Source of the DNA: an uncultured archaeon
GTDB taxonomy: Archaea > Asgardarchaeota > Lokiarchaeia > Sigyniarchaeales > Promethearchaeaceae
Reading direction: 5' to 3'
Length of the DNA: 24,568 nucleotides
Assembly (NCBI GenBank): GCA_964426185.1
Contig: CAYRPF010000045.1
Span: 1 to 24,568, forward strand
Within the stretch, counting starts at the first letter, position 1. Each line of letters opens with the position of its first letter. A program made the translations under genes and the position numbers. The notes beneath the pieces were generated by a model. It saw only the letters and a list, made by a program, of their open reading frames with translations. It was not told the origin of the DNA and did no database searches. Positions 16,901-24,568 of this stretch are shown here, piece after piece.

Positions 16901-17938
16901 ATGATTAAAGTTGAAAATGGAAAAAAATATTATCTTGGTGTTGATGTCGGTTCAATAAGCACCAACGTTGCAGTTATCGATGAATCTAGAAAAGTAATTG
17001 AATCAGTTTATATCCGAACTGAAGGAAAGCCCATTCAAGCGGTACAAAATGGTATTCGCATAATGCGGAATAAATTAGGGGTAGATCTTCCAATCCACGG
17101 AGCTGGTGCTACTGGTTCTGCGCGACAACTAACCGGAGTGCTGATCGGAGCTGACATTGTGAAAAACGAGATTACCGCACATGCTCTGGCTGCCATACAG
17201 TATCGACCGGATGTTCAAACTGTTCTTGAAATAGGAGGCCAAGATAGCAAAATTATCATCCTACGAGATGGTGTTGCAATCGATTTTGCTATGAATACTG
17301 TTTGTGCGGCTGGAACCGGGAGTTTTTTGGACCAGCAAGCTCGCCGCATAAAAATTCCCATCGAAAGTTTCGGAAATTTCGCTTTAAAGTCAAATAATCC
17401 CGTTTCAATTGCAGGCCGATGCACAGTTTTTGCTGAATCCGACATGATCCACAATCAACAGCTAGGTTATCCTGAGAAAGATATTATTCGCGGCTTGTGT
17501 GAGGCTTTAGTGCGGAATTATCTCAATAACGTAGGAAAAGGGAAAGAAATACGGCCTCCTATCATGTTTCAAGGGGGTGTTGCGGCGAATAAAGGAATTC
17601 GGAAGGCGTTTGCGGAAAGTTTAGGCTATGAAATCATTGTTCCCGAGCATTATGATGTGATGGGTGCCATTGGAGCGGCTATTCTGGCGCAAGAAGAGAT
17701 GGAGAAGGAACCACGCCCATCTAATTTTCTGGATTGGGACATTCCCCAATTGCAATTCCGAACAACTGGTTTTGAATGCGCGGACTGTCCAAATATGTGT
17801 GAGATTGTAGAAATAATCAAAAATGAAAAATTGATTGCACGCTGGGGAAGCAAATGTGGTAAGTGGGATGATTTAACCGTGGAACGGCGGACGCATATGG
17901 AGAAAAAGGACGATTTTAGCCAAATTTTGGCAGAATAA
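16901..17938 (+). CDS. ATP-dependent acyl-CoA dehydratase activase (BcrAD/BadFG/HgdC family) with a C-terminal Cys cluster
   Basis: YLGVDVGSIST, ATGSAR, NEITAHA, EIGGQDSK, MNTVCAAGTGSFL, CTVFAESD, FQGGVAAN and MGAIGAA. Extension CADCPNMC...GSKC. Confidence 0.92.
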   Translation: MIKVENGKKYYLGVDVGSISTNVAVIDESRKVIESVYIRTEGKPIQAVQNGIRIMRNKLGVDLPIHGAGATGSARQLTGVLIGADIVKNEITAHALAAIQYRPDVQTVLEIGGQDSKIIILRDGVAIDFAMNTVCAAGTGSFLDQQARRIKIPIESFGNFALKSNNPVSIAGRCTVFAESDMIHNQQLGYPEKDIIRGLCEALVRNYLNNVGKGKEIRPPIMFQGGVAANKGIRKAFAESLGYEIIVPEHYDVMGAIGAAILAQEEMEKEPRPSNFLDWDIPQLQFRTTGFECADCPNMCEIVEIIKNEKLIARWGSKCGKWDDLTVERRTHMEKKDDFSQILAE

Positions 17939-17951
17939 TTTATCTGGGTGA

Positions 17952-18611
17952 TTATTTTTGGAGAGGTGGATTTACTCCGTCACCGAAGGTCCGATAAATT
18001 TGTAACCGCCTTATTAGTTCAGCAAATGCGGGATATACATTCTGTTGAATATCGTAAAGTGCTATGGATTCATAAATTATAGGATTCCAAAGACTCCAGG
18101 GATTTTCTCGGGAATAAAACAAGTCTTCTTCCTCCAAAATCTTCTGAACTTCACCTTTTTGCATGGCATCGGGCAAATCTTGCTTGTTCACCATGATTAG
18201 TAAAGGAATCTTTTTAATCAGATTTCGCTCAGAAACATTTTTCAATTCCTTTAAAGAATCTATGTTGGCTTTTAAGCGGGAAGGTTGAGCATCAAAGACA
18301 AAAATCACCCCATTTGTTCCTGCAAAGACTTTCTTTCGCACTGGTGCGAAATTGACCTGTCCCGCTACAGTATAAACGTGAAACTGCATTGTACGTTCTT
18401 TTTTTGATAAAAATATACCTCGGTCAAAATACAGCGTAGCCCCGTCTTTCTGGGCGATTTTTTTAATTTCACCTTCGGGTTCAAATTGTTCAGTGTATTT
18501 TTCCTTAGTAAGTTTATATAAACTATCGATAATGGTGGTCTTTCCCGATAGTGCGCAACCCCAATATACGATTTTGGCAAGAAATTTATGGGATGAATTT
18601 TCATTTTGCAT
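17952..18611 (-). CDS. Small GTPase, MglA-like (Arf/Ras superfamily)
   Basis: KIVYWGCALSGKTT (G1), TLYFD (G2), YTVAGQ (MglA-type G3 without Asp), NKQD (G4) and ESIA (G5). Confidence 0.88.
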   Translation of the reverse strand: MQNENSSHKFLAKIVYWGCALSGKTTIIDSLYKLTKEKYTEQFEPEGEIKKIAQKDGATLYFDRGIFLSKKERTMQFHVYTVAGQVNFAPVRKKVFAGTNGVIFVFDAQPSRLKANIDSLKELKNVSERNLIKKIPLLIMVNKQDLPDAMQKGEVQKILEEEDLFYSRENPWSLWNPIIYESIALYDIQQNVYPAFAELIRRLQIYRTFGDGVNPPLQK

Positions 18612-18871
18612 TGTTGATCTTACTCTAATTTAGTATTTTAACTTATTTGTATTTTAATGTACGCTTTGTTCAACTAAGGAAAATATGGTGATTATGGATA
18701 ACGTGAAGAGAAAAAGAGGAATTTCCCCATAGGTTTCCCAAAATACTAGCATTTTAATAGAATCCAAAGAAAATGTTAAACAATAAGTATCCATTTCCTC
18801 TATTCTAATTATGGAGAGCGATACATTTCATTTCTGCATAAATTGAGCATAAAAGCAGGTTTTGAGAAAAT

Positions 18872-20956
18872 ATGACACTCAAAGAGATAAAATCTCACCC
18901 TATTCTCACACCTCCATCTCGAAAGGAGGTTAATTTTACATTTAACGGAAAAAGCCTTGTCGGCTATGAAAATATGATGATATCTTCTGTTCTTTTTCTC
19001 CACGGAATAAAGATTTTCGGGCATCATCCTAAAGATAATTCACCGCAAGGTATTTTCTGTGCTAATGGTCAATGTGCGCAATGCACTGTATTGGTTGATG
19101 AAAAACCCATGAAATCTTGCATGACTCCTCTTAAAGAGGGAATGCGGATAGAAAGCTGCGAAGGTCTTCCAAGTCTACCTGAAGATGATGTATCTATAAC
19201 TATTGGAAATCCAAAGGTGTTAGAAAAGGAAGTTCTAATAATAGGCGCTGGTCCTGCTGGTTTATCTGCCGCCAAAGTTTTAGGTGGAAAAGGAATCGAA
19301 GTTTTATTAATTGATGATAAAGATCGAACCGGTGGCAAGTTGGTACTGCAAACTCATAAATTTTTCGGTTCCCAGAAAGATGTTTATGCAGGAAAACGTG
19401 GAATTGAAATCGGAGAAATTCTAGGTAATGAAGTCAGACAACTGAAAAATGTTGAAATATGGCTAAATTCAACCGCTTTAGCAGTATTTCGGGATGGTTT
19501 GATTGGGATTTTACGTGATAACCACAAATATATATTGGTTCGCCCTAAACGTTTGCTTGTGGCTACTGGTGCCCGCGAAAAGATGTTAATTTTTCCAGGC
19601 GATACTCTTCCGGGTGTTTACGGTGCGGGCGCATTTCAAACCCTTATTAATCGCGATTTAGTTAAAGCATCCGAGCGAATTTTCATCGTTGGCGGGGGAA
19701 ATGTGGGTTTAATAGCGGGATATCACGCCATTCAAGCTGGGATTGAAGTTGTGGGTTTAATTGAAGCATTACCTCGGTGCGGTGGCTATGCTGTGCACGA
19801 AACTAAACTAAGACGATTGGGTGTGCCTATCTATACCCACCATACCATTGTTTCAGCCAACGGTAATGATCAAGTGGAGTCTATTACTATAGCACAGATA
19901 GATGACAATTGGAATACCATTCCCGGAACCGAAAAGACCTTTGAATGTGATACTATTTTGATTGCAGTGGGTTTAAATCCGGTCAATGAGTTTTATCAAA
20001 AAGCCGTTCATTATAATATTCCAGCATGGGTTGCAGGAGATGCACAAGAGATTGCTGAAGCTTCAGCAGCTATATTTACCGGAAAAATTGAAGCCGTCAA
20101 AATTCTTAAAAATATGGGTATGGGCTATCCTGAAAATATTAAAGAATTGGAACGAAAGGCTGAGATTATGAAAGCCCGACCTCCCCTGCCTAAAAATCGA
20201 GAAATTCCGGATAAATTTGAAGGTATTTTCCCTGTATTCCATTGTAATCAAGAAATTCCATGTAATCCATGTACAACAGTTTGTCCTCAAGGACAAATAG
20301 AAACAGAAACAGAAATGATTACATCCTTGCCTTATTTTAAAGGAGAAAAGAATTGCACCGGATGCGGGCGCTGTGTAGCGGTTTGTCCCGGTTTGGCAAT
20401 TACTTTGGTGGATTTCCGTAAAAACCCAGAATTGCCTCGAGTAACTCTTCCTTACGAGATTGCCACGGAAGTGCTTAAAAAGGGAGAAATTGTAACTATT
20501 ATGGATGATTCTGGAGTTTTAGGGGAATATGAAGTAAAAAGAGCACGTGTTCTCCCAGAATATCCACATACTCAATTAATAACGATTGAACTTCCGAAAG
20601 AAATTGCTAAACAAGCCATTGGTGTGCGAACTTGGCGAGAACATAAAGTTGAACCTGTAGAAATGTATAATAAGGCACCTTTACCAGATAGTGCCATAGT
20701 ATGTCGCTGTGAGCGGGTTACTGCCGGCGAAATTAGAAAATGGATTCGGGCTGGGGTAACAGACATGAATCAGTTGAAGGCAATAACTCGTGCAGGAATG
20801 GGCGCGTGTGGTGGTAAGACTTGTACCTCTTTGATAGAGCGCTTGTTTCGAGATGAAGGATTATCTACCGATAAAATCACAGCGGCGACAAAACGCCCCC
20901 TTTTCGTAGAAGTTCCTTTGGGATATTTCGCACAAGGAGAACCTAAGGAGGAATAA
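18872..20956 (+). CDS. Sarcosine oxidase alpha / dye-linked L-proline dehydrogenase electron-transfer subunit: [2Fe-2S] + FAD/NAD oxidoreductase + 2[4Fe-4S] + BFD-like domains
   Basis: GIFCANGQCAQC...SC; IIGAGPAG, ATGARE, VGGGNVG and AGDA; CNPCTTVCP and CTGCGRCVAVCP; C-terminal CRCE...GMGACGGKTC. Confidence 0.88.
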   Translation: MTLKEIKSHPILTPPSRKEVNFTFNGKSLVGYENMMISSVLFLHGIKIFGHHPKDNSPQGIFCANGQCAQCTVLVDEKPMKSCMTPLKEGMRIESCEGLPSLPEDDVSITIGNPKVLEKEVLIIGAGPAGLSAAKVLGGKGIEVLLIDDKDRTGGKLVLQTHKFFGSQKDVYAGKRGIEIGEILGNEVRQLKNVEIWLNSTALAVFRDGLIGILRDNHKYILVRPKRLLVATGAREKMLIFPGDTLPGVYGAGAFQTLINRDLVKASERIFIVGGGNVGLIAGYHAIQAGIEVVGLIEALPRCGGYAVHETKLRRLGVPIYTHHTIVSANGNDQVESITIAQIDDNWNTIPGTEKTFECDTILIAVGLNPVNEFYQKAVHYNIPAWVAGDAQEIAEASAAIFTGKIEAVKILKNMGMGYPENIKELERKAEIMKARPPLPKNREIPDKFEGIFPVFHCNQEIPCNPCTTVCPQGQIETETEMITSLPYFKGEKNCTGCGRCVAVCPGLAITLVDFRKNPELPRVTLPYEIATEVLKKGEIVTIMDDSGVLGEYEVKRARVLPEYPHTQLITIELPKEIAKQAIGVRTWREHKVEPVEMYNKAPLPDSAIVCRCERVTAGEIRKWIRAGVTDMNQLKAITRAGMGACGGKTCTSLIERLFRDEGLSTDKITAATKRPLFVEVPLGYFAQGEPKEE
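20945..20952 (+). promoter_or_regulatory. Shine-Dalgarno sequence for the beta subunit
   Basis: AAGGAGGA, 7 nt before ATG 20960. Confidence 0.65.
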
Positions 20957-20959
20957 AAA

Positions 20960-22129
20960 ATGGCTGAAAAATATGATGTAATTGTTATTGGAGCGGGAAG
21001 TGTGGGGATTCCAATTGCTCAATATTGCGCTCGTGATGGATTAAAGGTTTTAGTCTTAGAAAAAGCACCTTCGGTATCACAAGGTGATAATAAACATGCA
21101 ATTGGTGGAATACGCGCCACTCACACTCAGCGGGCAAAAATTTTCTTAGGCTTGAGAAGTATTGAGATTTTTTCCACTTGGAAAGATAAACACGGTGATG
21201 ATATTGGATGGGTTGAAGGAGGTTACTGTTATGTAGCTTATACCCCCGAACACGCAGAATTATTTAAAAACAACATCAATCTTCAAAAAAAATTAGGTTT
21301 AAACATAGATTTTCATACTCCTGAGAAAATCCGCGAATTAGTGCCTGGAATAAATTTAGATGGTTTACTGGGAGGTACTTTTAGTCCAAATGACGGTAGC
21401 GCTTCACCTCTTTTAGCTGCAAATGCATTTTATCAAGATGCTCTTTCTCATGAAGCCGAATTTCATTTTAATGAAAAAGTCGTTTCTCTCGAGAAAGATG
21501 GGAACCAAATTACAAGTATTAAAACGAATAGAGGAAAATATGAAGCTAAATGGGTTATAAATGCCGCTGGTGGTTATGCTAAGGAAGTTGGGCAAATGAT
21601 TGGGTTAGATATACCTGTTTCACCCACAAGTCACGAAGCAGGAATTACTGAACCGGTGAAACATTTTCTTAAACCGATGGTAGTCGATATTCGACCATGT
21701 GAAGATCCTACTTTTGGAAATTCAAAAAACTTCTATTTCTATCAGAATAATGAAGGTCAGTTGATTTTCTGTATCACTCCTGATCCCCCAATTTATGGGC
21801 ACGATCGGGAAGAAACGAGTCAATTCTTACCTCAAATTGCTAAACGTATGGTTGATTTAGTACCACGCTTGAAAAACCTTAAAGTGCGACGAACTTGGCG
21901 GGGGCTTTATCCCGATACACCCGACGGTGCGCCTATTATTGGTAAAGTAAAAGAAATAGAAAATTTAATCAATGCAGTGGGTATGTGTGGCCAAGGTTTT
22001 ATGCTCGGTCCAGGGATTGGAGAAGTAATTTCCCGATTAATCCGTGATGTTCTTACAGAGGATGATAAAATCATACTCGAAGAACTTTCGCTTTATCGGG
22101 ATTTCGGGCAAGTAGAAATGTTGAAATAA
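20960..22129 (+). CDS. FAD-dependent oxidoreductase, DAO family (sarcosine oxidase beta / L-proline dehydrogenase catalytic subunit)
   Basis: DVIVIGAGSVG, VINAAGGYA, R.W.GLY..TPDG.PIIG and GMCGQGFMLGPGIG. Operonic with the upstream gene (3-nt gap). Confidence 0.9.
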   Translation: MAEKYDVIVIGAGSVGIPIAQYCARDGLKVLVLEKAPSVSQGDNKHAIGGIRATHTQRAKIFLGLRSIEIFSTWKDKHGDDIGWVEGGYCYVAYTPEHAELFKNNINLQKKLGLNIDFHTPEKIRELVPGINLDGLLGGTFSPNDGSASPLLAANAFYQDALSHEAEFHFNEKVVSLEKDGNQITSIKTNRGKYEAKWVINAAGGYAKEVGQMIGLDIPVSPTSHEAGITEPVKHFLKPMVVDIRPCEDPTFGNSKNFYFYQNNEGQLIFCITPDPPIYGHDREETSQFLPQIAKRMVDLVPRLKNLKVRRTWRGLYPDTPDGAPIIGKVKEIENLINAVGMCGQGFMLGPGIGEVISRLIRDVLTEDDKIILEELSLYRDFGQVEMLK

Positions 22130-22131
22130 CC

Positions 22132-22170
22132 TTTTTTCCCCGTTTCGTTTCTTTTTCATTTCTTTTTCTT
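22132..22170 (+). terminator. Oligo-T terminator
   Basis: Pyrimidine/T tracts (TTTTTTCCCCGTTTCGTTTCTTTTTCATTTCTTTTTCTT) immediately after the stop at 22129. Confidence 0.55.
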
Positions 22171-22318
22171 ATATATATTGATTTTTCCACAAAAATTCTT
22201 TATCATAAATTAAAAAATTGATCAGAGTCAATCCTTTTAATAGTGAATTGATAATAAAAAAAACTTGTGAAATATTACTCCATTTCTTTAATCTGAAGCA
22301 ATTATAAGAGAACTGATA

Positions 22319-24568
22319 ATGCCCGACATAATTCAAAAAACTATTGCTCATCCATTGTTGCGCCCTAATCTGATTGCAGGAAGGGATTACCAAATTAATA
22401 TTGCTCAAACGGCTTCTAATCACAATACTCTTGTGGTTCTACCGACCAGTTTGGGAAAAACTATTATAGCGATTTTAACCATTGCAAATACCTTACAAAC
22501 TGCCCCCGAATCAAAAATTTTAGTTATGGCGCCTACCCGTCCTTTAGTTCAGCAACATTATGATACATTTTGTCGATTTTTCAAGTCTTCTGTTCGATTA
22601 TGCACGTTTACTGCTGGTTTGTCACCTACCAATCGGGCTTTAAGCATAAATGATGCCGATATAATATTTTCCACTCCACAAATCATAAAAAATGATTTAG
22701 AAGCAGATTTGTATTCTTTACAAGGATTTGGGCATATAATTTTTGACGAGGTGCATAAAGCTAGAAAAAGATATAATTATGTAAATGTAGCTGCTCATTA
22801 CTTGGCCGATTGTGCCCATCCTTTAATATTGGGATTAACTGCCAGCCCTGGTAAGGATCTTTATCGCATAAATGAATTATGTGAAAATCTACAAATCGAG
22901 CAAATTGTTTTCAGAAATCAAGAAAGTCACGATGTTACGAAATATGTTTATCCAATCAACACCATTATCCGTAAAATTGATCTTCCCATGCAAATAACCC
23001 AAGCAAAAGCCATTTTAGAAACAGCTATCAGGAAAATTCAAGATTATTTATGCGAGAGAGAGATTTTGCCACGTAGGCGTTATTCCTCAAAATTTCAATA
23101 CATTCAACTGGTACAAGATTTAAAATATGTGGATGTTTTATGCGATCCATACTTGTCTGAGGACCAAAAAAGAGTAATTTTGCAAAATAAGGGATATCGT
23201 GGCCTGAATTATCCTCATTTGGCCGAATTATTCGATGAAACCAAAGACTCAAATGAACCAAGAAATTCCAATACTGCTAAAGAAGGAAGCAATAATTTTT
23301 CCAGATGTGATAAAAAAAAGCCGAATAAAGCAGCTACCATGGGATATGCGGTTAATGCTATATATTTGGAACATTTGAAGGAAATTTTGACTACTCAAGA
23401 TATACGGATGTATTATACTTACATAAATAAATTAAAAGAAAGAGCAAAATCTGGAAATTCTCATTTAAAACGTTTCTTAAATTCCAAATACATTAAAGGA
23501 GTTAATAAAATTCTGGAAACAACAAAAAATTCCCCGAAATTAGATGCATTGTTCAATATCATACGAGAAGAAATTAAACAAGATGCTAAAGCGAAGTTAA
23601 TTGTCTTTACCCAATATCGCGAAATGGGGCGGTATATCGAACAAGAATTAAATGCAAAATTTGTAAAGGGCATCTCAACTAAGTTTGCTAATCGGTTTGT
23701 GGGACAAGCATCAAAAATTGATGATCCTGGGCTTTCGCAAGCAGATCAAAAACAATTAATCCGACAATTTGCAGAAGGTGAATTTCAAATTATGATTGCG
23801 ACTTCTGTGGCAGAAGAAGGATTAGATATACCGAATGTGAATGCTGTGATTTTCTACGATTCAGTGCCAAGTGAAATTCGTTTAATTCAGCGGAGAGGCC
23901 GAACAGGAAGGCATTCGCTTGGAAGATGCTATTGTTTAGTGTCCGATGGAACTTTAGATGAAGTATATCATAATGTTTCGCATTTTAAAGAAAATAAGAT
24001 GCAAAAATTGCTTCAACATCCAGAAAAAATAAATACTGTGAAAGAATTTCCGCGTTCAAGTCAAAAGCCAAAATATTTCTCTCTGTCGTTGGAGGAAATA
24101 GAGAAAAAAAGGCAGATCTATAAGGATCAGAAGGAACTAAGAAAATTAGAAGAAATTAAAATCCAGCTGGCAAACCACCCGAAAAACCACCCGAAAAATA
24201 TTCAGAGTTCGGCTAGTTTACCTGTATCTAACTCTGAATCAGCATTTTCTCTCATTAATGATATGACTTTGAGCATATCCTCCATGGGGCAAGATCGTTT
24301 TTTGAAAAATCAAAAAAATTTGGAATCTTCGCGCCAAAAAGCGAAACTTCTTTCTTCGCATGGAATTACTAAGAAAATCTTTAATTGGCTCATTTCTACC
24401 ATGGAAATTTCAGGTGAAATAAAAGGTAATTATTTGTACTGTGATTTGGATACTCTTTTTAAAGAAGCCAACAAGGAAAAAATCGATCCAATAAAAATTG
24501 AACTAACTGTAGATAGATGCATAAAAGCGGGAATTTTTCAAACCTCTGGAGCATTATTAACCTATTGT
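22319..24568 (+). CDS. hef: Hef/FANCM/Mph1-like SF2 DEAH helicase (3' end beyond the window; not in the ORF track)
   Basis: Manual translation from ATG 22319, open to the window end: HPLLRPNLI..RDYQ, LVVLPTSLGKT, FDEVHKA, GLTASPG, IVFTQYR, RFVGQA, IATSVAEEGLDIP and IQRRGRTGR. Confidence 0.92.
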   Translation, partial: MPDIIQKTIAHPLLRPNLIAGRDYQINIAQTASNHNTLVVLPTSLGKTIIAILTIANTLQTAPESKILVMAPTRPLVQQHYDTFCRFFKSSVRLCTFTAGLSPTNRALSINDADIIFSTPQIIKNDLEADLYSLQGFGHIIFDEVHKARKRYNYVNVAAHYLADCAHPLILGLTASPGKDLYRINELCENLQIEQIVFRNQESHDVTKYVYPINTIIRKIDLPMQITQAKAILETAIRKIQDYLCEREILPRRRYSSKFQYIQLVQDLKYVDVLCDPYLSEDQKRVILQNKGYRGLNYPHLAELFDETKDSNEPRNSNTAKEGSNNFSRCDKKKPNKAATMGYAVNAIYLEHLKEILTTQDIRMYYTYINKLKERAKSGNSHLKRFLNSKYIKGVNKILETTKNSPKLDALFNIIREEIKQDAKAKLIVFTQYREMGRYIEQELNAKFVKGISTKFANRFVGQASKIDDPGLSQADQKQLIRQFAEGEFQIMIATSVAEEGLDIPNVNAVIFYDSVPSEIRLIQRRGRTGRHSLGRCYCLVSDGTLDEVYHNVSHFKENKMQKLLQHPEKINTVKEFPRSSQKPKYFSLSLEEIEKKRQIYKDQKELRKLEEIKIQLANHPKNHPKNIQSSASLPVSNSESAFSLINDMTLSISSMGQDRFLKNQKNLESSRQKAKLLSSHGITKKIFNWLISTMEISGEIKGNYLYCDLDTLFKEANKEKIDPIKIELTVDRCIKAGIFQTSGALLTYC
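24173..24196 (+). repeat. In-frame 12-bp tandem duplication (NHPK-NHPK) in the helicase linker
   Basis: AACCACCCGAAA x2. Confidence 0.8.

Noticed and set aside
22169-22423. 84-aa minus-strand ORF
   Set aside because: Overlaps the helicase start and AT-rich promoter/terminator DNA. Composition is not protein-like.
23110-23340. Possible intein in the helicase
   Set aside because: Too short, and no C/S...HN-C/S/T splice junctions or LAGLIDADG motifs.
1496-23673. Numerous 60-97 aa ORFs in the track that overlap longer genes (e.g. 1496..1678, 3043..3255, 4686..4979, 8773..9042, 17215..17454, 19069..19338, 23028..23261, 23461..23673)
   Set aside because: Antisense or out-of-frame shadows of well-supported genes, with no recognisable motifs.

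Overview
AT-rich (~35% GC by eye), gene-dense archaeal window, very likely from an Asgard archaeon (Lokiarchaeia/Promethearchaeum-like). This is inferred from a C-terminal longin-like domain, an MglA/Arf-like small GTPase, a SNAP-like helical protein and a Loki-type membrane-anchored beta-helix surface protein. It contains two AMP phosphorylase paralogs flanking a GHMP sugar kinase, a SNAP/TPR + Ig-like protein, a surface glycoprotein, a PIG-L deacetylase, an SCP2 protein, an MBL hydrolase, a nitroreductase, an MFS transporter and a polytopic membrane protein fused to a longin-like domain. Further right are a three-gene DUF2229/reductase/activase operon, a small GTPase, a two-subunit proline dehydrogenase/sarcosine oxidase-like flavoenzyme, and a Hef/FANCM-like helicase that runs off the window and is missing from the ORF track. 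The DUF2229 operon resembles a split plasmalogen synthase (PlsA/PlsR) or glycerol ester reductase (Ger), with an apparent ATC start codon and a slippery A10 junction. No rRNA, tRNA, CRISPR array or mobile element was recognised. All family assignments are from motif recognition, without database searches.
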